Assembly: GCA_046563655.1 (NCBI GenBank)
Contig: CM102290.1
Location: 2,604,001 to 2,668,000 of the forward strand
Reading direction: 5' to 3'
Source: Yuukianura sp. NJ FZ-2021
Lineage: Eukaryota
Length of the DNA stretch: 64,000 bases
Made by a program: the position numbers and the translations under genes. Below are positions 50,374 to 61,200 of the stretch, in pieces (the first letter of the stretch is position 1; every line of letters starts with the position of its first letter). The notes under the pieces are model-generated. The model saw only the letters and a program-made list of their open reading frames with translations, ran no database searches and was not told the DNA's origin.

Positions 50374-52135
50374 AGGTCAAAGGTCAATGGTCCAAAGGAT
50401 CTCGAATCTCCCCACGGGAGAAGTGAAATTGACTCCGCTTATAGTCTATTATACACTTAAAACTTGCAATATTCATTTAACATCTACAATTCTTAATTAC
50501 TTTTCAAGAACTTAGCACCTCATTAAAAGTCATTAAAAGCACCACCACCACCGCCAGCAAAATACTCAACTAACAGTTAAAGTCTAAATATTTTTTACAT
50601 TATGTTTTCTAATTTTATCACAAACGTCAACAACAATACAATTTTCAAACTTCAATCATAGCAAGTTATTCCATTGAGGTTAACATTTTGGTTTAACCTT
50701 GTAAAATCCAAGGATTAATTCAGTAAAACGTAAGGACAGCCAAGCATGTTTTCAAATTACAATTAAGTTTACTACAACAATTAATTTTTTATTTTGTTAA
50801 AATTGAGTAACTTCTACGAGGCAGTTCTAGGAAAAGTCTACTACCTTTTTAGACTTGAAATCTACATTGATTGCATTAATACACAAATTAAGTGGTGGAG
50901 GCCTAGATTTCCTTAGGTCTGCACAATGTGACTTTCACTTTTCATTTTTAAATTAACTTTGCCTACTAATCAAGCATCTACAAACACTGAAATTTTTAAA
51001 CTCCTTATTATTTTTAAACTTTGACTTTAGTTTCCTTTTAAAACGTTTTCAAGCAACATACACTTTTGTTTAAACGTCAATTTAAATACTTAAGTTTCCG
51101 ATTATTACGATTCATTTTAGAGCCATTTAGTGTACCATCCTTGAACAAGAGAAATTGTCAATTTCTCGTAGAAGTAATTTAACAATTCACTTAGTTTTTT
51201 ATAATACAAGAGTTTTTCAAACTCTAATAAATTTCTAAATTTTAAAAATGGTCCCGGTGTTAATCTTGTGAAGATTTGTTTAAATTTAAACAGAATTGTT
51301 TAGTTGTTCTCTTTTTAGTTATGTGTCATGTACATGATCCCAAGTTGAGTTCGTCTTCTTGTAGCTTTTTTTTCTTTTTGAAAAAGCTTCTCATCCAAGT
51401 GAAAATCGATATAATTCTTCTTTTTTAAAGACAGTGATGATGAATGGATTTTTTCTTAGATTTTATACCTTATTTTTGTTTTTCCTCTAAACACCTACCT
51501 CTTGTTCTCGGATAATTAATAGTTTTCTTAATTACTTTTAAGTTTTTACTTTTCTAAATGCTATAAGAGCTCCTACTTCAAGTACAGAGTTCGAGTACTA
51601 ACATTCCTTCCTAACGCGTCTAAGTTGAGTAAATAATAAGTTAACCTACCTAATGCATAGTAATACACCTAAAGTTCTATTAGCCCACAGCTCATCTCTG
51701 GATTCTACAAGTGACTCTGTCACTGTCTTCGTTTTGCAGTTGCCTATTGTCAATGTCATCTCAAGTGTTTTGTTTGAATCTCTACAAGAGTCAGACAAGG
51801 GGTGTCAAGATCAAGTAGGAAGAGAGGTCAAAGGTCACAAAGTTTTTTTTTGTCCCGTCATTCCTCTCAAGCTGGGGGACTTAATTAAAAGTCGGGAGTT
51901 TCAAGATTGACATACCTTATCCCCCGAATGAATGTCTTGGGCATTCTAATCTGACTCAAGGACTCTTGTCTTCTACCGCATCAGCACTACACAATTTAAA
52001 CTAATTTACAACTAATCCTGTACTTTTTACGATAATTAGCAACCTTCAAGCAACCTTGCAACTACTGTACATTACATGCTATACTCTCCTCAAAACAAGC
52101 TGCTAGATCTATACCCGAACTCTGACCTTTGACCT
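50374..52135. promoter_or_regulatory. Cluster of three perfect nuclear-receptor DR1 elements downstream of the VMAT stop
   Basis: AGGTCAAAGGTCA at 50374-50386 and 51825-51837; reverse complement TGACCTTTGACCT at 52123-52135. Confidence 0.55.
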
Positions 52136-52323
52136 AACTAGTAGTATTGGGAGAGGGGAAACTTTAATCTATACATCCAATTTTTGGAGGAATGGAGAAA
52201 GTGGGGGCGGTTTTTTGGATTATATTTTAATATTGTTAGTTTATGGGTTTTCTTTTTTGATGATGTTGAGTATGTTATAAATAGTTTTTGTTACTTTTTG
52301 AAGTGCTGAGATGACCTTGGAGG

Positions 52324-55300
52324 TCACTCTTCTTCGTCATCATTTTTGTAGTTGACGTAGCGTACTGATGACTTGTCGCCCAGCATCAAGTTTCGTTGTT
52401 CCTCCTTCGTCGGAGGTGCTCGGAGCATGAAAAGAAGTGGCGCATATGCAAAGTTGATAAAAGCCACGCCCACCAGCATCCATTCAAACCCAATCGTTTG
52501 AACTAAAGTTCCACTCATTGCAGGTCCTGTTCCAAAAAAAAATCAGAAACACGAATTTGAACTGAGTTTCATTATTCGCCGCACCATCAATAGCATTTCA
52601 TTCTGAAATGCGATTTGAGCATACAAGTGGTTGTTTTTGGGAATTGGAAATCTGAAAAACTCAACTAGTCTGCACAATTTTTCCAACACTTACCAATTGC
52701 AAATCCAAGACAGAAGGCGACATCTCCAATGGCATAAACAGAACCATAGACTGCTGCATGTCGAATGTCCACGAGATATCCCAGTTCAGGCATCATGGAG
52801 CTGTCTACCATTCCAATTCCAAATCCAACACCAGCGTTTGGAGCAATCAAATGTGTCAAATTTGTTGCTAGAGGAATCTACAAAAAAAAAAGTTCCAGAG
52901 AGTCATCGCTTTCTAAAAAAAAGGAAGTTTTCAGTTTCCAAGTGCCGTGAAATCACTTACACACATTAGACAAATTCCAATGACAATGAGACCAATCATG
53001 GCTGCTAGCCAACTGTAAAATTGGCATAAAAATCAAAAATTAAAAAAAAATTCAAAATGAAGCCGAGTTTAAAGTTCCATGTAAGTTTTACCGTCCAATC
53101 CTGTGCCCTAGTGGGCCAAACAAGTTTGTTCCAATCAAGTATGAAATGGAGGCAGGGAGAAAGGCCACACCAAGTTCCCATTTTGGTGAGTTCATCGTAT
53201 CCATCATCCAGATCGGTAAAGAGGGTTCCAGCATAGAAATGCCCATGTTAGCTGCCGTGATGGCTCCTAAAATTTCGTCACGATGGATTAAGGTACAAGA
53301 ATTCTCAAAATATTCGGTGGAAAATAAGTTTTTTAAGTTTCGTTTTTGGAAAATACCTGCACAGACAATGATGTAGGGATCCATGAGGAGAGACTTGAGG
53401 GACGGTGGATCTGTCTCTTGTCGAACCACTCCTGGTTGAAGCACAAGAAGCTGAAGAACTAAAAAGCAAAAGGTCACCGCCAGGTCAAATCTAGTGTTTC
53501 ATCTTCGCCCAGTCAAGGTCAAGTTAGCTTACGTCCATCTCCAAGAGCCAAACAGGCCAGGATGAGGAAAGGTGCTGTTTTTCCAACAAATTGGTACATG
53601 ACTCCACCAAACGGCGGACCAATCAAAACACCCAGGGCTAGTCCACCCAAAGCAATTCCCATTGCATTTCCACGCTCTTTGTCATCCGGATAACGCTCAG
53701 CCAACATTCCCATTCCTAAAAGAGGTAATTTCAATTTCAGCAAACTTTTCAAAAATTATGCTCAATTTTCATTTCATGTAAACCTATAAAGACTAAAATA
53801 CCTGAAACACTGGAACATGAGGATCCGACGCCTTGCAAAGCTCGGGCAAAAAATAGGACGCCAAAGGAACGGCCAAACGCAAAAACTGAAAAATTAGAGA
53901 CGAAAAAAATTGAGTATAAACGAAACGCGTATATGAAGCGGTTCTTTTGTAGATCAAAGGGAAGAAAGTTTAAGGTGAAAGTGTTACTTATTTTCACTAT
54001 TTACAAAAAGTTCTTACTGATTGTCGATAGGAACATGATGATAAAGCCAACAAACATGGGAATACTATAGCCAATTCTAGGAACAAAAAGTAATTATAAG
54101 CAATATTTAGTAAACTATTCAGATTGTTAAATACTTTTTGAGCAACACTTTAACCTACATAAAACTACATCTACTCACCTGTTTGTAATTGGACCAATGA
54201 AGGGATTAGTAATCAGTTGAACAAAAGCTTTCGATGCAATCATAACTCCAACTTCTACATTTTCTTGTAACAATTCATCATGTTTCGACAATGGCTTGTG
54301 AGTGACTACACTAGTGGCATTCCCTACAATTTTCAATTTCAATTCAAAACTCTTTTTGTTTTAAGTTCAAACAGAAATATGCTTACCAGGAGTAATTGCA
54401 GTTGTATAGAGTCCGTTGATGCTGTCGGATGTGTAGGCCGGAGAAACCGTAGTTGTTGCAAATGGTTGTGGTGGTCCATCCTTCAATTCCGAGTACTGAT
54501 GTCCATCAGATCGATGACGGATGTTGTAAAGAAACTCCGGAATAATCGGTACTACAAAAGAGAAAACAAGTTCAATTTATTTTTTGTTCCTATTTTGATC
54601 CAAAATGAAATGGACTGCAGAGGAGAAATGGATGTTGGGGAATTGGAAAATGTGAAATGATAAAATCGCAAGGAGAAAGTGAAGTGATTCATATTTTTTT
54701 CTTTACAATAATGTGTTCTATTCTGTTCAAAAAAAGAAATAGGAGAAATAGAAAGTACTGTTAGGGCAGAAAGTATGTGGGAATGTAATGGTAGGTTCAT
54801 TTGAGAAGGGAAATCAGAAGGCGGAACTCATCATAAATGGACTCTCGAGAAAGTTAAGTGGAGCTCGGAAGATGGATTGATCGTTGTCACTTTTCATTCC
54901 TACCTTTTCTCCGTACTCTATGGCTAGGCTTAACCTATCTCAAACCAAGTCCATTTACTATTTCTCAGATCAAATCCAATAACTCCAAAACTCCTACTGT
55001 AGCGTTTCTAGACTCATTTTGAAGCAAAAACAGAGTCTTTAAATAAAAAAAAACATAAAGTAAATTAAAGGAAAACTTAAGCAAAGTTCTGCATAGTTTG
55101 ATATTTTTCTTACAAACTGACGTTTGATTTAGACGATATTTCACAAAAAATATGCAATAAACTCGTGGTATTGCTTCACAATTTGTTTTGTGAATAAATC
55201 TTGTTTTCAAAACGAGAAGTTTTGGAAATCTAAAACGAATCAAGTTTTCAAGGTTGACTTCCTTGTCGTAATACCTTTCATCTCCCTGATTTATGACTGG

Positions 55301-56565
55301 ATGTGAAAGATTAAGGTTAGGTTACATTACCCTCCCAGGGTGAAATCTATACTTTTTTGAATATTATTATCCAAATATTTTTGAAATTTAACAATGTTTT
55401 TAAAAGAACCTCAATTAAATTGAATAGTGAAAGTATCAGTTGAAGATATAGTTACCTTATTATAATGTTTAAGAGACTATGAATATGGTTTAAGGAGAAA
55501 TCCACCGCCTCCCTTCATCTCTCGAGTGGGGTGGGGAGGATTAAGGGCTTTCTCTAGTGTGCTGGTGAAGGAAGAAAGTCGTTGAAGTTGTGTTGGGTTT
55601 GGGAAGATTTAGAATAAGAACTTGTGAAGGAAAAGCAGGCGCTGGAAACGCACGTTGCCTTAAAACCAGCAACTTTCTCCAGTCCCAGAGAAGGCCTACC
55701 CTCAAGAACACACTCAGTGCTGTCTAAAGAGCATCATTCGCAAATGGATGATTTCAAATCCCAACTTAAACCAAAACACGCACGCCAATGTACATAAAAG
55801 AGAGTTCCAAGTAAAAGGAATTGGTGTGCCAAATGGGAAAAAAATATTGATCCGAATATTCAAACCAAAACTTAAAACAATCTAAACCGAACTACCGATG
55901 AAGCCATAAAATCCCATGAAACTCCACTAAGTTTTTTTTTTCGAATCTGTTTCAAATGTTGTGTCCTAAGTGAATTAGTAACAAAAAATTTAGTAATTCT
56001 ATCGAGATTTATGAGCTGCATCTTAGTTCTTAGTTCGAGGTTTTTGAATTCTAGAAAGCGTAAGGCGTTGTTACAACCTCAATTCTGCAACACATCTTCA
56101 AATTGAAACTACAGGAATTAAGTAAGCAAGGTCAAGTGATGCTAGGTGCAAGGTTCCTTGACAACGAAAAATAATTTTTTTAACAGGTTGAGACCTCGCT
56201 TACCTCGCTTGGTGACAACAAAATGGATAAAAGAAATCAAAAAGTGCTACCAATTCGTATGTAAAATTTAAAAAATTCGGCTGTATTGTTATGACTACGA
56301 TACCATGAAATGAAAGACATTTTTTTTGCAAAATCGGAAAAGCATGAGGTATTACTCAACTTGTTAACGAAAATGAAGTCAACAAACCTTGGCTAGGTGG
56401 GTAGAAATGTCAAAGGTCAAGTATATGCTTACCCACGGTGGTGAGTAGCATGTTGTCCAGTAGAAGTGCAATGGCGACGATGATGAGGACGAGCTTAGGC
56501 TCTCCGATTCCTGCCAACCAGCCAGCACAGGGCCATCGGGAAACGACGTCCCCAACTGCCGTCAT
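52324..56565 (-). CDS. Vmat: Vesicular monoamine transporter (SLC18A1/2-like, MFS), 11 coding exons, 494 aa
   Basis: Exons (-): 56565-56433, 54551-54387, 54323-54179, 54076-54018, 53885-53802, 53715-53533, 53458-53357, 53266-53092, 53012-52961, 52877-52694, 52526-52324. All GT-AG, 1485 nt. Motifs: [68 protein letters not shown]. An in-frame TGA lies upstream of the ATG; the exon acceptor at 56648 implies upstream non-coding exon(s). Confidence 0.96.
56149..56391. mobile_element. hAT-type MITE (subtype B), 243 bp, in the first coding intron of VMAT
   Basis: Imperfect TIRs CAAGGTTCCTTGAC... / ...GTCAACAAACCTTG, perfect 8-bp TSD GCTAGGTG (56141-56148 and 56392-56399), inverted subterminal TTAACAGGTTGAG/CTCAACTTGTTAA. 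Second copy in opposite orientation at 4359-4626. Confidence 0.9.
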
Positions 56566-56700
56566 GTCGCCCACGAGTCACTCAACGGTCCACTTGATGA
56601 CAGTGACGGCACCAGTCAACGACCAAGTTACGGCACACCTCGTCTTCCTGTCAACAGAATTCAAATGAACCTTATGTTTACAACCTACGTCCATAATATA

Positions 56701-56715
56701 CGCCACCTAGTGGCG
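56701..56715 (-). promoter_or_regulatory. CTCF-like insulator motif
   Basis: Minus strand reads CGCCACTAGGTGGCG, matching the CTCF core CCACYAGRKGGCG. It is a GC-rich motif in AT-rich intron sequence about 55 nt from the VMAT first coding exon acceptor. Confidence 0.55.
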
Positions 56716-58180
56716 AATAAGCCTAGAAGTGGTTAACCCCGGGCTAAAAGTTGACCTCTAGTTGACTTAGCGGGAGGCAGAAGGGAAAATTAGTCCTCAA
56801 AGCACAATGGAACGTTTAGTAAACTTGCGCGTCTATTGTTCTTTGCAGAACGAAGTCTAAAAGTTCGTTGGAACAGGAAACTGCTCTTTCACTTTCGAAA
56901 CAAAAAGGGCCTCCAGCCTTTTGCCAACAGCCGGAAAAATGAAAGTGAAAAATCTGGAACGCTTTTAGAACCTCTTCAAACCTCTTTTAGTTTCTGAGTG
57001 ATTAATTTCTAAAACAAAGGTCAACTTTTTGGAAACACACAAACATTACAGGTCAACTTCAAATTGTTATTTTTTGCTGACCTCCTTAGAAGCAGATACT
57101 GAGACAAAGGGGCAGTTCCAGAAAAACTCCCACTTTTAGGGAGAAGGCGAAACAACAGTTACTGATCCAGCCAACAAATTCAATACTCTGGCTTTTAAAA
57201 AAAATCTTTTCGGTCGCAGCAGTATTTCATTTCACTTTGACTACTTCCGATCTTCAAGACAAGTTCAACAGGACGACAGCAGTTTTGTAAAGAACTAAAC
57301 TTTCTGTGAACATGTCATCACCATGACAACTCACTGTTAACTGTCCTCCAATCTCTTTTCATGGACAGATCCGAATCGATGGTTGGAGCGGATCCAATCT
57401 AGCCTTGGTCCTTAGTGAAGTATTAGTGGACTAATCAAGAACTTGCGTCCTCATTGATTCCCCTTTGTCTGCACGACACACAAGGATTTACTCAAATACT
57501 TTCTCTCTCGAGCACGTACGACTTACTTCCAAAGGCGTCACTGTTATTTCTTACCGCAAACTTTTGAAAAAAAAAGTTTGGAAACATTTCCTCAAAGTGC
57601 TTTCTCTCCGAAAAGTACAAATACATGTCCCGTGCCAATTATTAGCACCAAATCCTGGTAATTAAAAAACAAATACCTGTTTCAAATTTTGGAAAATACT
57701 AAAGATTGGAAACTTTTTTTAAAAAGATTTTACTCAGAACTAAACAAATCAAGTCCAGAAAGCCCTTGTGCGAAATTGTCTGTACAATTACAACAATTGA
57801 CTTCAGTTCGTTTAGTTTGTTCAAACTAAGTTTTGGTAAAGAAGTTTTGAGACGATGTTAGTTTTTTGCTTCACAATTTTCCGCCTCTTTCGTCGTTCCT
57901 GATTCCGTTTTTTATATTTTTTTAAAACGACAATATGTTTTTAAAGGCCCTTTTATTTGCTTAGTACATCCAGAAACTCAGCCTAAGGGAAAATGATGTT
58001 GGAACTACTGTTGCGTGCAGCGGAAGAGAAAGTGGACATCCCTCGGCCACCATTTTGAACGTGGATCACTCATCCGGAATTGGCCCTGTACTTACTTTTC
58101 CCTTTGGGTTAATTGGATGGTCAATGGAAAAAAGAACCTGAGCCCTTGAAGTTGGTTCAGGCCCTTTTGTGCGTCCACGA

Positions 58181-58243
58181 AGAGACTTAAGGGCTGCTGG
58201 TTTGAAGTAGCGTAGAGACTTAAGGGCTGGTTTGAGGTAACCT
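58181..58243. repeat. Short tandem duplication (33 + 30 bp)
   Basis: AGAGACTTAAGGGCTGCTGGTTTGAAGTAGCGT / AGAGACTTAAGGGCTGGTTTGAGGTAACCT. Confidence 0.75.
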
Positions 58244-61200
58244 ATAAATGGGCGATTTGATGGTGAATTAGGGATGTGGTTCCGTGTGAATGGGTTTGGT
58301 CGAGTGGGGCCTTACTGCTGCTGGCCTGCTTGCTTTCTGTGGAGAAAGCAGAAGATGCTGAACCAATCAAGAGAACAATCTGGTTGGAAAGTCAATAAAA
58401 TACAGAAAAGCGTTTCGGTCAATAGTCACTGCATCAACTCTCTCCCTCTCCTCTAAAAGCATAATTTCCTTTCCTTTAGTCGCACAAAGCATCGGGTCGC
58501 TGCAAGGAAAAAGTAGAGTACTAAAAATCTAAATCAAAATCAATACTATTTACTTTCAAGTGAAAACGTACTTACCCAAATGCACAGATTCAAAAATTCC
58601 ACAAAAAGAAAGTTAGTTGGCTAATCAATGTTTTATATTTTAAAAAAATTCAAAACCAGACCAACAGTTTTAAAACCAACAAAAGTTTAACCTTACACTC
58701 GAAGTTAAAGATGTGACGATGGACAGAATTCTGTTAAACTCGTTTGATACAGAACAACATGTTGTTGACGCCTACAAATTGAACTATTACTGTGTGCCTA
58801 CTTTTGTACTTTTACTATTTGATTACGCCGCGTGGGTTTAAGCACAAACATAACCACCTACTGTTGGGTTTCAAGAATTAATCCTGACCAGGCGCTGATC
58901 GTGGCGGAGTAATCTCACCCTGCCCCTCTTTTCGCTTTCACTTTCTTTGTGTATTTACTCCCTCCATCATCCAATACAAATTAAACCCTCCGGCCATCAA
59001 CGTCTGCGTTTTCCACCCACAGTGCGTTTCCATCGTTCTTCTTAACCTTCAACTTTCCAATTTAAAAACTAAAATTTTAACTAAAATACTAACCGAGGGG
59101 TCTCTGCCATACTACAAAGAAAAACTTTCACAGTTTGATCCCACTAAATAAATTTTGAGTTTCCCCGTTCCTATAATTTTTTTATAGCATTTCGGTAACA
59201 AAGTGAGCCACCAAACAATAGTGGAAGATGATCTGGCCCTAAAAATAAGCGGCAAGATTCAAAAATCTTATGAATGCTTACGGAAACCGTGAATAACGAA
59301 CTATAACTTGTACAAACCCATAAAATATAGGTTTACATTCAAATTTTTTTTTTAGATTTACGTGTTGTACTATGAGAAAAAGTTGCAAACTTGTAACTTT
59401 CATCAACTTTAATCATGAAATGAAATTAAGTTGGAATTTGTTCTAAAGTTAGGATTAGGTTGTTAAGTGTATTACTTTCATTTCGGAGAAAATTAATCAA
59501 AATGGCGTAAGACCATCACCGTCATCGTTGAATTCCATCGCGAAACATAGGTTAACTTATGAATAAGAACGTCTATCGAGAGGTTAGCAGTTGCTAGAAA
59601 TATTGGAGATGGAAAAAAGATTGGACTGGAGAATATTACAAAAGTAATACCACAGCAGACAAAGTTAGAGTGAAGACGACGAAGACTTTCGCAGGTTCGA
59701 CAAGACGCAGTCATTTTCCTGGCTCCACTTTTCCCAAAGACTAAAGGAAAAAGCTGAAGCTAAGGGAAAGGTTGGAGCTTGGGAGGTTAGGTACGGACTT
59801 TCTATTTTCTATCAAATTTACAGAAGTAAGGTACAGTGATAGAAGCGAAAGAAAAAAGAAAGGAGAAATCAGAATCCAATTTTTTTCGTACACTAAAGTC
59901 CTTATAGAAGTCTATGCTTTCACTCTAGTCGAATCTTCTCTGCTCCTAACTGTAGTAACTCTGCACTCTGCACCTTTTCTGATTGAGTTCTGGTAGGAAC
60001 AAGGGACCTCAGTCATTGTTCTTTTTACTCCAATTGACTTTGTGTCTGACATTTACATTTATTTCAATTTAAACTTCAGCCCCACTTTCACTCTCAGTCT
60101 AAACTTTCTCTTTCTCTCTCTGCTTATGGACCCAGAATTATGTGAAACACAAATGGCATCCCGTTTTAAGGTTTGGTTTGGACACTCCATTTCTTACAAT
60201 GCTGAAGCTAAAGTGAAGGTTTAGGTTATGCTGTGCAAGGGAAAGTTGTGTAGCCAACAGGTGAGAGTCTTTCACTTCCCCTAATGACTGTCACTTTAAT
60301 CTGAAGACGTAATTGATCCAGTAAATCAGCTCTCTCGACTGGAAGGAACTCACTTAAGTACTTATAAGGACCCAGTCAAGTGGAAAGACGAGCTTACTTT
60401 ACTTTCTACTTAAATCTACCTCCGCTTTTACCCAGAAAAGAGAAAAAATAATGTAACGCTGGAGTAGCAGAGAACTCGTGCACTACGTTCTAGTACCTTC
60501 TACTACTACTTTTCCATCTAAAAACTAAAGGAATATATTTTCTTTGTGTAAGACTCTCCCGTAATCGATTTTGGAATTTGAAAGGCTCTTATCCCGAGGA
60601 GATCATTACCATGATCTCTTCTCCCATCCCCACCACTACTTCTAAACTTCACTACCTCAGTAAAACTTGTACTTTCACAACCAACTTAAGTCCATTCAAA
60701 TTGGAACTAAGATGTCCAACTTTCTCTTTCTCTGCATTTCCTTTATTTCAATTAATTCCAACTCAATTTAAGCCTTTTCTAACGTCCCCGTTTTGTTCGA
60801 AATATTTGTGCACAAGACAAACGAACTTTTAAAAAATATCTTTGGAAAATGGAACTTAGAAGATCGAAGAAGAGTCTAACCAAAATAAATGTTGAAATAG
60901 TTGAAACTCCGCTTTGTTTCAGCCATGATTTGGAAATTTGACACTAATATCCTAATGGATTTGGAAGTGAATGGTTCCTGACTCCGTGCCAAGACAAAGG
61001 TAAATAAGGAGAAAAGTAAATTAGAAAGTGGGGTTTCATTTGAAAATCAATGTGGTCCTTACCCTAAGTGTGTAGATTTGGTCCATGGAGAATTGGCTTT
61101 TCCCGCTCGAAATTCTGGTTCAAAAGGAAGGTATGCAGCGGAACTTGGAAGTGGAAACTGGACTTAACGGGCCCTCGGATTTCAACTGTTTTCATTCCTT

